Translations under genes and position numbers: made by a program
Shown: positions 12,835-30,420 of the stretch, piece after piece
Position numbering within the stretch: the first letter of the stretch is position 1
Layout of the letters: each line of letters starts with the position of its first letter
Assembly (NCBI GenBank): GCA_964016885.1
Contig: OZ024741.1
Coordinates: 144,026,001 to 144,090,000 of the forward strand
DNA from: Eledone cirrhosa
Lineage: Eukaryota
Direction: 5' to 3'
Length of the DNA: 64,000 nucleotides
Notes under the pieces: model-generated
Told to the model about the DNA's origin: nothing
Database searches by the model: none
What the model saw: only the letters and a program-made list of their open reading frames with translations

Positions 12835-13110
12835 GGGTATGTGATTTTGTGGTTAGGGTGTTGAACTAATAATGTTGGGTGTTTGATTTCTGGACCAGGT
12901 TGTGTGTTGTGTTATTGAACAAAACACTTCATTTCATGTTGTTTCAGTATACTCAGCTGAAAATGAGTACCAGTAGTAGCTGGGGCATTTAGCCCTGCAA
13001 TGTATTGGCATCACGTCCAGGGGAAATCTTGTTCTTTCAGATGTTCAACACCAAGGAAACTGGAATAAGCACCAGCCTAATGAGCCTCCAGGCTTGAGAC
13101 AGACTAGACT
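12835..13110 (+). mobile_element. degenerate tRNA-derived SINE (CORE/V-like body)
   Basis: GTGGTTAGGGTG..TTTGATTTCTGGACC, TGAACAAAACACTTCATTTCATGTTG, CTCAGCTGAAAATGAGTACC, CCCTGCAATG..CACGTCCAGGGG. Confidence 0.55.
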
Positions 13111-13157
13111 TTTTTCAGATGCACAGACACATAATGTGAAAAACGAAGTTTCGTTAA

Positions 13158-13543
13158 CATCATCATCATCATTTTATGTCCACTTTTCCCTGCTTGCAAG
13201 GGTTGGACGGGAACTGATTCTGGCTTGATTTCTACAGCTGGATGCTCTTCCTAACACCAACCTCATTTACAGTGAGTGCTGGGTGCTTTTTTTCTGTGGC
13301 GCCTAGACGTCCACTTAACAGTGAGTGCTGGGTGCTTTTTGCTGTGGCACCTACACGACCACTTTGCAGTGGAATGATAGGGACTCCAGTCCCTATCATC
13401 TCATTTCTACAGCTGAGTAAACTGGAGCAATGTGAAATAAAGTGTCTTGCTCAAGGAAACAACACATCACCCGGTCTGAGAATTGAACTCACAACCTTTC
13501 GATTGCAAGGCCAATGCTCTAACCACTAAGCCATGTGCCTCCA
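13158..13543 (-). mobile_element. tRNA-derived SINE with RTE-derived 3' tail
   Basis: A-box TGGCTTAGTGG, B-box GAGTTCAATTC, CCTTGAGCAAGACACTT core, then RTE-B-like 3'UTR and (GAT)n; close copy at 27453-27800. Confidence 0.85.
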
Positions 13544-13762
13544 TGTATTTATGTTTTTATTGTCAACCTGTTACGCACAATTTGCAGAGGATTGGCTCAA
13601 CGTCACCCATGGAAGTTATGGACCTGACTCCAGTTGAATCACCTGTCTGATGAGCAAATCGATACTGGAGTCGAGTCCATAACTTCCATGGGTGACCTTG
13701 AGCCAATCATCTGTGAAATGCGAATGACATGTCAATACACAATAAAAACAGAAATACATGTA
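13543..13762. repeat. ~220-bp fold-back element with degenerate hammerhead core at apex
   Basis: Arms GATTGGCTCAACGTCACCCATGGAAGTTATGGAC / GTCCATAACTTCCATGGGTGACCTTGAGCCAATC; apex CTGATGAGCAAATCGATAC. Confidence 0.65.
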
Positions 13763-14079
13763 AATAAAACTTCATCATTTTTCATATTATATACACTCTG
13801 CTTGTGCATTAAGTGCTCCACTGAATCACATGCACTATATATATAAGACTGTTGATTGCCTTAACCTGTCATAAAATATGCCTAGAAAATCAAAATCAAC
13901 CTCAAGCCCAAGCCAGACATAAACCATATACCTATACTTGACCTTTGACACCCCTACCATATGGCTTAAGGATGAGCTAGATAAAGCATGTTCTTCCAAT
14001 CACCGACCTGCATCAGTCACTGGTATGGGGAAGACAGACATAATCTAGCTGCAGTTCTCATATGTAATTTCTATATAAT

Positions 14080-14300
14080 AATAATTTTTGATTTAAGCAC
14101 AAGGCCAACATTTTTGGGGAGGGGAAAGTTGGTTAAATTGAGCCATTGTGTTACTGGTACTTTTATTTTATCTACCCTCTAAGGATGAAAGGCAAAGCTA
14201 ACATCTGTGAGATTTGAACTCAGAACATAAAGGACTGTAACTATATGCCACTAAGCCTGTTGTCTGACACTCTACCAATGCTGCCAATCCACCACCCTGT
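14080..14300 (-). mobile_element. tRNA-derived SINE (same family as 243-423)
   Basis: GGATGAAAGGCAAAGCTAAC..GATTTGAACTCAGAAC..CTGCCAATCC. Confidence 0.7.
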
Positions 14301-14941
14301 AATAATGATAATCATTATTATAAAATAAAGTACCAGTAATACACTGGGTAATTGCTGGCCTTGTGCCAAAAGTAGAAACAATTATTATCTGCAGTGACTA
14401 TGTCTCAATTGCACAAGTAGTTGTGCACCTCCTTAAATTTCCTAAACTATAAACCCCCAACTAACCACCAAGATAAACCATAAGCCCCAATAGACCTGAT
14501 TAAACTATTAGCTTGCCCAGCTCTTATACAACAAAATAAAGGACCATTAAATGGAAGAACCGATGTAAAATAATAAAGTTATATCTGTGTAAAACTATAT
14601 AAATTTACACATTGTGTAAACATGTATACATGCCAAGTATATGTATTTCCCTGTAAATTATGGATGTCATAGGGGCCTCATATTAGACATTTTAAATCTG
14701 GTGGAGCCCATCTCTCTTTAGATTTCAGAAAAGTTGAATTCTTCCAAAGAGAGGGAGAGAGCAAGAGAAAGTATAAAAAAGGGATAGAGGATGAAGTGAC
14801 TAGTTGGGGAGTGTAGCAAACATGGAATTTCAAGTATTTTATTGATCAACCTAAAAAGAATGAACGTTTCATACACACATACACACATATAGATATACTG
14901 TATTTAGATGACTAAACTTTTTGTCATATTCAATGTTTCAG

Positions 14942-15113
14942 GCTCCTGTGAGAAGTATACCGAAAAAGATGTCAAGTGTTGCTGGAAAGCTGTCCACCCC
15001 ATGGAAGCTGACTCAAAACTCACCATCTCCAAAGCAGTTAACTATTCCGACACACCAGACAACTATGACCAGTTACCTTTTGAAAGGGCAACAGTATCTT
15101 GATCAAAACCTAG
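14942..15113 (+). CDS. second coding exon of gene 2 (APVRSIPKK...WKLTQNSPSPKQLTIPTHQTTMTSYLLKGQQYLDQNL)
   Basis: GTTTCAG acceptor ending 14941, open phase-0 frame, G|GTAATA donor at 15114; PIP-box-like QTTMTSYL. Confidence 0.6.
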
Positions 15114-15259
15114 GTAATATTGCTTGAAAATAATAGTACACTCATACACATATATATTTCATCATAATTATCTAATTTATTTGGTTATTTTATAGTTAAT
15201 ACATCAAATTCAAATGGATCTCAAATTTTCAAACTTGTTCAAAATCCTTGTAAACTTAG

Positions 15260-15299
<40 letters not shown>

Positions 15300-15789
15300 T
15301 ACTTAACATTGTTTTAATATTTATATAACATTAGTTAACACATGTGCATGCACAGACACACACATATATACATTTGAAACATACTGGTAGTATATGTTTC
15401 ATTAGAAATATAGTACAAAAGGATTAAAATATGCCTAGCTTAGTCCCTTATCTAGCAGTCCAGAAGATATGCCTCAGCAAGACAATACATAAAATATCTG
15501 AAGAAAAACTTCACCCAAAATTATGATTTAGACACATGTGGGATGATTTGTTTATGACGCCATCCAGACATTTAATACTATATAGTTTGAGTTTCAAGAT
15601 AGTTTAAAAGAGTTACTTCCCTTGCTTCTTATTGTCATCCTGAAAGTTTCTCCTACAAGTATTGGACTTCATCAGATCCAATGATGAGTGTTCTAACAAT
15701 AGAATCATCTGCTCGTGAAATTAACATGCAAGTGGCTGAGCATTCCGCATACACACACAATGTGAATTATAGGTACAACTCATTTTTGC

Positions 15790-17685
15790 CACCTGAATTT
15801 GAAATACAATGCCACTGAGAATCGAACATGAAGTGTTCTGCATTGCAAGGCAGTGTGTTTGTGTAATTCGAGATGTTATTGGGGAAAAATGTGTTAGAAA
15901 TGACGCTAGTGCACTTAGCACCACTGATGCTTCAGGAGAAGTAGGAGTCGAACTAGTAATTCGCATAATCAATCAGGTAATAGACAGAGTCATACTCAAT
16001 AACTAGTCCAGCAATACAATTGTATATTGTTACAAGGGCAAAGGAGATGCTCTAGAAAGGAGCAACTACAGAAGAATAAAACTAATATACCAATTTATGA
16101 AAGTGATGGAAAGAGTTATTGCACAGCTAATTAGGGAAAGAGTCAAATTAGACAAGATCAGTTTGGTTTCATGCCTGGGAAAAGTATAGGGTGGCCACTG
16201 AAAGACTGAATGATATAAAACAAAATTAACTTTTACAGACACATGGTATTTTATTTTTTTAATTATTTTATTTGGAAATATAAGTAATGGATTTTTTTCA
16301 GTATTATGTGTGTAAAACAACAAGGGATGTTCTATTATAACCATCAAAAAAAAATAAAATAAAAAAGTTTGAAAACGAACAAGTTTTTCAGTGGTCACCC
16401 TATACTACAGATGCCCTCTTTTTAGTGAGGCATCTACAAAAGAAGTTCTTAGCCAAGAATAAGCCACTATATTTAACTTTTGTTGATTAAGGAAAGGCCT
16501 TTGTCAGAGTACCTTGATCTATTATTTGGTAGTCCTTAAGGAAATTAGGTGTAGAAGAATGGCTTGTGAAAGCAGTGCAAGCCATGTACAGAGGAGCTGT
16601 CAGTAAAGCTGTCAGTGAGAGTAGGAAGTAAGTTCAGTGAGGAATTCAAGCTACAGGTAGGGGTTCATCAGGGTTTGGTTCTTAGCCCACTGCTGTTCAC
16701 CAGAGTTCTCCAGGCTATAGCAGAGGAGTTTAAAATAGGCTGTCCAGGGAAACTTCTCAATGTAGATGATTTGATCCTTATAGCCGATTCCATAAAATAA
16801 TTAGAAAATAAGTTCTGACTATGAGAGTAAATTTAGCCAAAACTAAAATGCTATTGGGTAGGAAAGAAGATAGACCCAGATCCCTTCAGGGACCTGTTAA
16901 AAAGGAGTAGGCATAAACTCCATATGGTATACACAATGTAAATCTTGGGTCCATAAGAAATGTAGCGGGATAAAAAGGTAGACTAACAGGAAAAGAAAAC
17001 TTTATATGTAGATGCACAGGGGTAATTGAGGGGAAGAGCGTCAGTGATATAAACATCTTCAAGTCAAAGGAAGGTCTTTAAAAGTGGTAGCTTATGCTAT
17101 CTATGTGACTTAATTAACAGCAGAGGAAGGTGCTCTAAGAGCATAATAGCTAGAATAAGAATGGGTTGGAAGAAGTTTAGGGAGCTACTTCCACTGTTGA
17201 CAACAAAAGGTTTCATCCTACGTATGAAAGGACGACTGTATGATACCTGTGTGCAAAGTGTGATGCTGCATGGTAGTGAAACATGAGCAGTGACTGCAAA
17301 AAACGTGTAGACTGGAGAGAAATGAAGCAACCGTGTTTCGTTGAATGTGCAATGTAAATGTGAGAGAAGGCAGAGCTTGGATGAAGTGAGGGAGAAGCTG
17401 GGTTTAAGAGGAGTCCGAGGTGGTGTGCAGGAGAGAAGACTGCATTAATATGGACATGTGATGCGCATGGATGATGACCGATGAGTGAAGGAGTGCCTGG
17501 AAATGCCAGTGGAAGGAAATCACACTAGAGGTAGACTGAGGAAGACCTGGGCAGAGGTTGTGAGAGCTGACTTCTAATCACTGAGACTCACAGAGGAGGT
17601 GGACAGATGCTGCGCTGAGAAGGACCCATCCAACTAATGCAAGCTTGGAAAAATGAATGTAAAAATGATGATGATGATGATATAT
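15790..17685 (+). mobile_element. old, decayed 5'-truncated RTE LINE
   Basis: Fragments EVFCIARQC..DVIGEKCVRND and VGVHQGLVLSPLLF are homologous to the young RTE ORFs; many stops; (GAT)n tail ~17666-17682. Confidence 0.85.
16187..16402. mobile_element. Tc1/mariner-type MITE (216 bp) with TA target-site duplication
   Basis: TIRs TAGGGTGGCCACTGAAA / TTTCAGTGGTCACCCTA; removing it plus one TA restores RTE codons GGGAAAAGTACTACAGATGCC (GKSTTDA). Confidence 0.85.
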
Positions 17686-17729
17686 ATATATGATGAATTA
17701 TAATGCAATAAGATTATACTTCACCACAT

Positions 17730-17995
17730 CTTATTTATTTTGTAATAGCTGTTATACATATTTCTATGGTATCTGTTATGTAATTGTAAACCATCAAGAT
17801 ACTATATTGTGCTGGTTCTCCACTTGCCAGTTGATATATATATCGACCAGATAGTGGAGAATGAACACCAAAATTGCTACAGTTGGTATATCACTTAAAT
17901 TTATACAGGTGAGAGTTGTCTGCTGCAATCATATTTGGACAGTTTACAATTACAGATACTATGGAAATACATATAACAGCTATTACATAATAAAG
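17730..17995. repeat. inverted-repeat element with ~70-bp arms
   Basis: TGTAATAGCTGTTATA..GTAATTGTAAAC vs GTTTACAATTAC..TATAACAGCTATTACA. Confidence 0.55.
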
Positions 17996-18299
17996 AAATT
18001 AGGAATGGTATACTGATGTTGAGTGCTTAATACTGATTACACAAGTATTTATTAATCAGTGTTTGTGACTGCAAAACTTATCACAAATTTATTCACACAA
18101 AATAACCACAACTATATATATATATATGTTGTTTTATGATCATTTCAGAGAGCAAATTATCAATATGTAGATTAATTAATGACAGTTATGTAACTCCATA
18201 ACATCAGCATATTTGTGGAATGACATTTTTGCTGTCATTCCACAAATATAAATGTTTGTTTGTGAATATAATTACACACTGACCACATATGTGTGGGTA

Positions 18300-23010
<4,711 letters not shown>

Positions 23011-23032
23011 CATCATCATCATCATTATTATA

Positions 23033-26000
23033 GCTGAACGGCTAAAACACACAATAACAGTTAATATGAAAAGAACAACATACACAAAAGTCAACGCACT
23101 CTACAGACAAAAACGCATCAACGGTAAGGAAATCCGAAATCTCATCACAGCAAACGAGAGAGATGACTTCATGAGCGTCATCCGACGCGAAACGAAATAT
23201 GCTCAAAACGAATGCTGTAGGCATTTCAAGAAGAAATTAGAATGGATGAATAAGAAAAAACTACAAGAAAGGAAAATCGAATATTCTCAAAAATACCCAG
23301 ATAACATCGACAACATCCGTATGAGTGATGTAAAACTACCGGAAGAATTTACCAATGACCACACAGTAAATATCTATGGGAACACTTTAATCAGTGAACA
23401 AGAACAACAAATCCTAAAGTTACCACCAAAATTTGCCATCTACAAAAAGATTAACCCTATGGAATGCAAAACGGAGCTGGAAAAGTGTTTCACAAAAATA
23501 CGTTGGAATGCAAAGGTAAACAACAACAACAATAATAACGGTAGTAGTAATATAAACAATAACTCTGGGTATAGAAATAACAGCCATAACCATAACAATG
23601 GCAGGAAAGTGAGAAATAGTGATAATAGTAATAATACTAGCGATAGACAGAACAACAACAACCACAATAATAATAATAATAGAAACGTTAACCACAGACA
23701 CAGCAACAGTGACCACAGTAGTAATAACGGTAACAATACGAACAACAACAACAACAATAACCACAGTGGTAATAATGGAAATAGTACATGTAGCAACATC
23801 AACAAAAACAAGAAACATAATAATAGTAACAACCACAATGGTAGAAATAGCAGTAACAACAACAACAATAACGGTGAAGTAAACAACAATACATCTAGCA
23901 ATCATAACAATAATAATATTAATGCTAAGGATAGAAACAACAACAACCACCATGATAACAATAATAGCAACACACACAACTATGACGATAGAAATAACGA
24001 CACCCCCTTAGAGAAACTATTTTTCAACCCAGCTGACAAAACATATAAGATGGGTAATATCTATCCTACGAGGTTACCCTTTAATAAAAGAGTTTGCATA
24101 CCACAACAAATAGATGACGAGACGGAGGCACAGTTCACCATAGCTAGAAATAAGATTAGACAAGTAGTAGACAGGTACACTATGAGACAGAGCAGACCAG
24201 AGGCCCAACAACTTGGGATAAAACCTGTAGAAGGCTTGGTTAGCCTCAAGCAGCGCACAAGGGATGGTGAGGTAGTGTGTCTACCCACAGATAAGTCTGG
24301 TAGGATGTCAATAGATAGCATGCCGAACTACATCGAGGCAATGCAACCCCACATCACCAACACGAGCGAAGTTGCACAACTAACACACGATGGGAGAGAA
24401 AAAATCCTCAACGCTCACATGATGATGTGGACTGACATCCTAAAGCCAAGCAGACGCACTGCCAACAACTTCCAGGCGTCTAACAATGGCATACCACCCT
24501 TGTATGGGCTCCGCAAAGACCACAAGACAGTCGACGACCCGACAATAGGACCACCAACAAGACCTGTATGCGGAGCTAATATAGCTAGCAACTACAGGAT
24601 CTCCTACTTCCTCTCAATGGTTATACGCCCCATAATCAAGATGTCCCCAGATGTATGTGAAAGTACAGAGGACCTCCTCAGCAGAATCAGTGAGTGCAAC
24701 AAAAACAGGAGCCTATCCAACTGCATAATAGGCAGCATGGATGTGCTGTCACTGTACCCATCCATTAACATTGATTTTGCTGTGAAAAGATGTGTGGAGA
24801 TGATCATTGAGAGTGAGGTGGAGTTCTGCGACGTCGACACAGACGAACTGGGCCTCCTACTTAGACTTACCTACGACACTGACTACCTAGACAGCCATGA
24901 CCTTAGATGTTTCTGCCCTAGTAGACCTATAAGAGGTAGACCCCCCACCATAACCTCAATGGCTAAAAAGACTCCCATAGGAAGGTGGATTGGGTGGACC
25001 AAAGCTATACGGACCCCCCAAAACACTGATCAGGTAAGAAAAATGGTCGCACATGCAATAGGGGCTAGTATCAAAACTACCCTAAAGGGCCACATATTTA
25101 AGTTCAATGAGAAAATCTACACCCAAAATGAGGGAGCAGCCATCGGCGTCAGCATAGCTGGCGATGTTGCCAACCTTTTCATGGTATGGTGGGAAAGGAG
25201 ACTTAAAGATCTCCTTAATGAAAGCTCCATAGACCTCATCATGTACTCTCGTTATGTAGACGATATCAATATAGTTATAAGAACACCCCCACTAGAGAGC
25301 ACTAACAAGTTTGATTTAGAACGTAGCACGATGGAAAGCATCCAGCAGATAGCTAATTCCATACACCAGAGTATAACTGTAACTATAGACTTCCCTTCCA
25401 AACACCCTAACAATAGACTACCTGTATTAGACACAGAACTCTGGATTAACACTATAGACGAGAGAGCCCAAATTCTCCACTCACACTATGCCAAACCCAT
25501 GGCCTCCAAATACCTGATACTCAAAAACTCAGCAATGTCCAGTAGTGCTAAGTTTAATATTCTGATCGCAGATTTGGTACGAGTGATGAAGAATGTGTCC
25601 AGCATGTGCGACCCAACAGAAATGGAAGGACACATCCAACACTTCATCAACCGCATGCAGTTCTCTGGCTACAACCAAAGAGACAGAGTCAGAGTATACG
25701 AAGGAGCCATGGAAAAGTATAAGACCCTCATAGAACTGGACATGAAAGGAATTTGCCCACTATACAGGAGCAAATCATGGAATAGCTTAGATAGGGCTAG
25801 ACATAAGATAGGGAAGGCCACATCATGGTACGACAACCAGAGATATCAGAGTGTCATGTTTGTGGACGCCACCCCTGGAGGGAAATTAGCTAACCAGTGT
25901 AGAAAGGCCCTGAGAAAGACCCACTTAAAAATAAAGGTGGTAGAAAAGCCAGGAACCACCATAAAATCCCTGATCAGCAAAACCTACCCTTTTAAGAAAA

Positions 26001-26410
26001 CCCACTGTACCAATAGGAAATGTATCATATGTAAGGTGAACCCCCGGATAAACTGTAAAACTAGAAACGTAGTCTATAGCATAAGATGTACAGAGGGTAC
26101 TTGCAGAAACACGACAACAACATACATAGGTGAGACAGCTCGTAGCATAGGTGAAAGGATAGACCAACACTGGGGGGAACTAAAAGGACGAAAAAACGGG
26201 TCAGTACTATACGAACATGCTAGACAACAACATGACGGTAACATAGACAACATAGAAATTAGAATAATATCTAAACATAGGAATGACCCAGCAGATAGGC
26301 AAATCAGAGAGGCCAGTGAAATAGAAATTAGAAGACCAAAGCTAAACAGAAAGAATGAGTGGAACAACAACAACACCCAAACAAACAACACTGACCTAAG
26401 AGAAGTATAA
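23033..26410 (+). CDS. Penelope-like reverse transcriptase + GIY-YIG endonuclease (N-terminally truncated)
   Basis: [42 protein letters not shown] zinc knuckle, NVVYSIRC...[16 protein letters not shown]; Asn-rich tract ~23520-24000; the ORF-track part upstream of 23033 is microsatellite read-through. Confidence 0.93.
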   Translation, partial: AERLKHTITVNMKRTTYTKVNALYRQKRINGKEIRNLITANERDDFMSVIRRETKYAQNECCRHFKKKLEWMNKKKLQERKIEYSQKYPDNIDNIRMSDVKLPEEFTNDHTVNIYGNTLISEQEQQILKLPPKFAIYKKINPMECKTELEKCFTKIRWNAKVNNNNNNNGSSNINNNSGYRNNSHNHNNGRKVRNSDNSNNTSDRQNNNNHNNNNNRNVNHRHSNSDHSSNNGNNTNNNNNNNHSGNNGNSTCSNINKNKKHNNSNNHNGRNSSNNNNNNGEVNNNTSSNHNNNNINAKDRNNNNHHDNNNSNTHNYDDRNNDTPLEKLFFNPADKTYKMGNIYPTRLPFNKRVCIPQQIDDETEAQFTIARNKIRQVVDRYTMRQSRPEAQQLGIKPVEGLVSLKQRTRDGEVVCLPTDKSGRMSIDSMPNYIEAMQPHITNTSEVAQLTHDGREKILNAHMMMWTDILKPSRRTANNFQASNNGIPPLYGLRKDHKTVDDPTIGPPTRPVCGANIASNYRISYFLSMVIRPIIKMSPDVCESTEDLLSRISECNKNRSLSNCIIGSMDVLSLYPSINIDFAVKRCVEMIIESEVEFCDVDTDELGLLLRLTYDTDYLDSHDLRCFCPSRPIRGRPPTITSMAKKTPIGRWIGWTKAIRTPQNTDQVRKMVAHAIGASIKTTLKGHIFKFNEKIYTQNEGAAIGVSIAGDVANLFMVWWERRLKDLLNESSIDLIMYSRYVDDINIVIRTPPLESTNKFDLERSTMESIQQIANSIHQSITVTIDFPSKHPNNRLPVLDTELWINTIDERAQILHSHYAKPMASKYLILKNSAMSSSAKFNILIADLVRVMKNVSSMCDPTEMEGHIQHFINRMQFSGYNQRDRVRVYEGAMEKYKTLIELDMKGICPLYRSKSWNSLDRARHKIGKATSWYDNQRYQSVMFVDATPGGKLANQCRKALRKTHLKIKVVEKPGTTIKSLISKTYPFKKTHCTNRKCIICKVNPRINCKTRNVVYSIRCTEGTCRNTTTTYIGETARSIGERIDQHWGELKGRKNGSVLYEHARQQHDGNIDNIEIRIISKHRNDPADRQIREASEIEIRRPKLNRKNEWNNNNTQTNNTDLREV

Positions 26411-26681
26411 ATAAATAAGTAAATTAAATTAAATAAAATAAGATAAATAAATACATACACAAGCACATAAACACACACTAGTCACCCAGCAGACACAACA
26501 CTATACACACTAGTCACACATCACACATAACACTATACACACACGCAAACGCATGCGCAAAGAAGACAAAATAAAATAAGATAAACAAACAAGCAAATAA
26601 ATAAATAAATATATAGACAGACTGAACACAAAAAAAAAAAATGGCGTAGACATACAACACAACAGGAGGAACAATGAATAT

Positions 26682-26754
26682 AACACCACTGACGATGTTG
26701 CAGATGTGCAACGAAAGATTTATGTAAATTATGTAAACTATATATATATGTGTT
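26682..26754 (+). ncRNA. hammerhead ribozyme motif in Penelope pLTR
   Basis: CTGACGA at 26689, stem II GTTGCA-GATG-TGCAAC, GAAA at 26713, GAAAG...CTA stem III; stem I pairing imperfect. Confidence 0.55.
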
Positions 26755-27099
26755 TGTCTATATTGTATCTGTATTATTTTTGACCGCCGGTCAGTCAATG
26801 GCAACATTGAGGACCGAGTAAGTTAGATCGCAGATATATATATATAAAAGACAGCGAGAAGCGAAAACCAACCAAACAGTGAGTGTGTTCTGTTATTAAT
26901 TCTGGCAATATTACGCAAATATGACCCTCCCCAAATATAACAATATGTATATATATATATATATATAATATATATATATGTGTATATATATATATATATA
27001 TAATATATATATATGTGTATATATATATATATATAATATATATAAATGTGTGTATATATATATAATATATATAAATGAGTGTATATATATATAAATGTA

Positions 27100-27251
27100 T
27101 CATCATCATCATCATCATCAACGTTTAACGTCCGTGTTCCACGCTTGCATGGGTTTGGACCGGGGTTTTCCCACTTGAGGCAAGAGTTATTGTCTTGCTA
27201 GCATAGGACTGTCTGGCGGGTTTTCTACAGCTGGATGCCCTTCCTAACACT
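27100..27251 (-). mobile_element. RTE family A extreme 3' fragment
   Basis: (CAT)n + AACGTTTAACGTCCGTGTTCCACGC..GGATGCCCTTCCTAACAC. Confidence 0.9.
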
Positions 27252-27452
27252 CTACTACCTAAGTATTGAGTACTTTGGTGCGTTATGGTCCACCTGGTTC
27301 ATTACCACATTTCCTCCGTTATGTATAATATATATATATATATATAATATATATAAATATGTATATATATATATAATATATATATATAATATATATAAAT
27401 GTGTATATATATATATATATATAATATATAAATGTGTACATATATATATATA

Positions 27453-27800
27453 TCATCATTTCATCATCATTTCATTTTACGTCCGCTTTTTCCCTGCTTG
27501 CAAGGGTGGGACAGGAACTGATTTTGGCTTGATTTCTACAGCTGGATGCCCTTCATAACACCAACCTCATTTACAGTGAGTGCTGGGTGCTTTTTTGCCG
27601 TGGCACCTCCACGACCACTTTGCAGTGGAATGATATGGACCCCAGTCCCTATCATCTCATTTCTACAGCTGAGTAAACTGGAGCAATGTGAAATAAAGTG
27701 TCTTGCTCAAGGAAACAACACATTACCCGGTCTGAGAATTGAACTCACAACCTTTCGATTGCAAGGCCAATGCTCTAACCTCTAAGCCATGTGCCTTCAT
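27453..27800 (-). mobile_element. tRNA-derived SINE with RTE tail, inserted in (TA)n
   Basis: Close copy of 13158-13543. Confidence 0.88.
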
Positions 27801-27855
27801 TATATATATATAAACGTGTATATATATATATATATATTATATATAAATGTGTATA

Positions 27856-28768
27856 TCATCATCATCATCATCATCAACGTTTAACGTCCGTGTTCCACGC
27901 TTGCATGGGTTTGGACGGGGGTAGTCCCACTTGAGGCAAGAGTGATTGTCTTGCTCGCATAGGACTGTCTGGCAGGTTTTCTACAGTTGGATGCCCTTCC
28001 TAACACCAACCACATTTACAGTGTGGGTCTGGGAGGTTTTTACCGTGTTGCCTACACGGCCACATTACAGCGTGGACTGTGTGTTTTTTTGTCGTGACAC
28101 CTACACGATCTCATTTGTTTCGGCCTCGATGGCGCGGCACCAACATAACTTTACATAGAACGGGGTGGTGTGGATCGGGTGGGGGTGGTGGGACGGGGTG
28201 TATTTGTTAGAGATGCCTACTGGCTGGAGTAGGTTTTACTATATATTTAGGTAAGGCGGGTCTTCTCTGTTACTGAGTACCGCCAAAGGTCTCGGTCCAG
28301 TGACATTGTCTTGGAGAGGTGTAAGTGTGTGATGTCGGAGTTTATCAGCTCGTCCCAGGTTTTTCTAGGTCTGCCTATTCCGTGACTACCGTCTATCTTT
28401 ATTGCCCTGCACTTTGTTATACAGCTATCGACTTTCATGCGCATCACGTGTCCATACCAACGTAGCCTTCTCTCGAGTAGACAACATCTGATCCCTCTTA
28501 TCTCTAATTTATTCCTTAGTTCGTTTATGCTTTGCCGTTCACGTATATTACTGTTACACATCCAGCGGAGCATGCAAGCTTCGTTCCTCTCTAGTCTGCG
28601 TATATCCTCTGCACACAATGCCCAGGTCTCACTGCCATGCAGCATTGCTGTTCGTATGCAGGCATCGTACAACCTGCCTTTCATTTTTAGTGAGAACCCT
28701 TTAGCAGCTAATAGTGGTATAAGCTCTCTGAACTTTTTCCAACCAGTTCTGACTCTAGCTACAGTACT
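27856..28768 (-). mobile_element. RTE family A, 5'-truncated (~0.9 kb)
   Basis: (CAT)n tail, 3'UTR, ORF C-terminus [15 protein letters not shown]. Confidence 0.95.
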
Positions 28769-29550
28769 TATATATATATATTATATATAAATGTGTATAT
28801 ATATATATATATGTATGTATATATATATATATATGTATGTATATATATATATATATGTGTATATATATATATATAATATATATATATGTGTATATATATA
28901 TATATAATATATATATGTGTATATATATACATATATAATATATATAAATGTGTGTATATATATCTATATATATATATATATATAAATGTGTGTATATATA
29001 TATAAATGTATATATATATATGTATATATATATAAATGTGTGTATATATATATAAATATGTGTATATATATATATATAAATGTGTATATATATATAAATG
29101 TATATATATATGTATATATATATAAATGTGTATATATATATATAAATGTATATATATAATTATATATATATATAAATGTATATATATATATATAAATGTA
29201 TATATATATGTATATATATATAAATGTGTATATATATATATATATGTATATATATAATATATATATAAATGTGTATATATATATATATAAATGTGTATAT
29301 ATATATGTATATATATATAAATGTGTATATATATATATATATGTATATATATAATATATATATAAATGTGTATATATATATATATAAATGTGTATATATA
29401 CATATATAAATGTATATATATATATATGAATATATATATATATATAATATATATATAAATGTGTATATATATATATAAATGTGTATATATATATATATAA
29501 ATGTATATATATATATATGAATATATATATATAATATATATATAAATGGG

Positions 29551-29583
<33 letters not shown>

Positions 29584-29635
29584 GTATATATATATATAAT
29601 ATATATAAATGTGTGTATATATATATATAAATGTA
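28769..29635. repeat. (TA)n microsatellite with TAAATGTG variants
   Basis: Directly visible. Confidence 0.97.
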
Positions 29636-30220
29636 TCATCATCATCAACGTTTAACGTCCGTGTTCCACGCTTGCATGGGTTTGTACGGGGGTTTTCCCA
29701 CTTGAGGCAAGAGTGATTGTCTTGCTCGCATAGGACTTTCTTTTCTACAGCTGGATGCCCTTCCTAACACCAACCACATTTACAGTGTGGGGCTGGGAGG
29801 TTTTTACCGTGTTGCCTACACGGCCACATTACAGCGTGGACTGTGTGTTTTTTTGTCGTCACACCTACACGATCTCATTTTTTTCGGCCTGGATGTTGTG
29901 GCACCAACATAACTTTACATTGAAAGGGGCGGTGTGGATGGGGTGGTGGGACGGGGGTGTGTTTTGATAGAGATGCCTACTGACTGTAGTAGGTTTTTCT
30001 TTGTATTTAGGTAAGGCGGGTCTTCTCTATTACTGAGTACCGCCAAAGGTCTCGGTCCAGTGACATTGTCTTGGATAGGTGTAAGCGTGTGAGGTCAGAA
30101 TTTATCATGTCGTCCCAGGTTTTTCTGGGTCTGCCTATTCCGTGGCTACCGTCTATCTTTATTGCCCTGCACTTTGTTATACAGCTGTCGTCTTTCATGC
30201 GCATCACGTGACCATACCAA
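29636..30220 (-). mobile_element. RTE family A variant, 5'-truncated (~0.6 kb)
   Basis: (CAT)n tail; KDDSC/LTRL/VIEK variants shared with 54404-55993. Confidence 0.93.
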
Positions 30221-30266
<46 letters not shown>

Positions 30267-30389
30267 TAAATGTGTGTATATATATATAAATGTATATATA
30301 TATGTATATATATATATATATATATATTACAATTTACAATTTAGAGTTAAATTATTGTCAATTTGCAAAAAAACACAATTAAATTGTAC

Positions 30390-30420
<31 letters not shown>

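Larger units (their letters stand above)
23031..26946 (+). mobile_element. Penelope-like retroelement (family 1, Naiad/Neptune-like), 5'-truncated, with 3' pLTR
   Basis: RT + GIY-YIG ORF followed by ~540 bp 3' region with hammerhead core; 3' region recurs at 53.3 and 58-60.4 kb; TA tracts on both sides. Confidence 0.92.
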
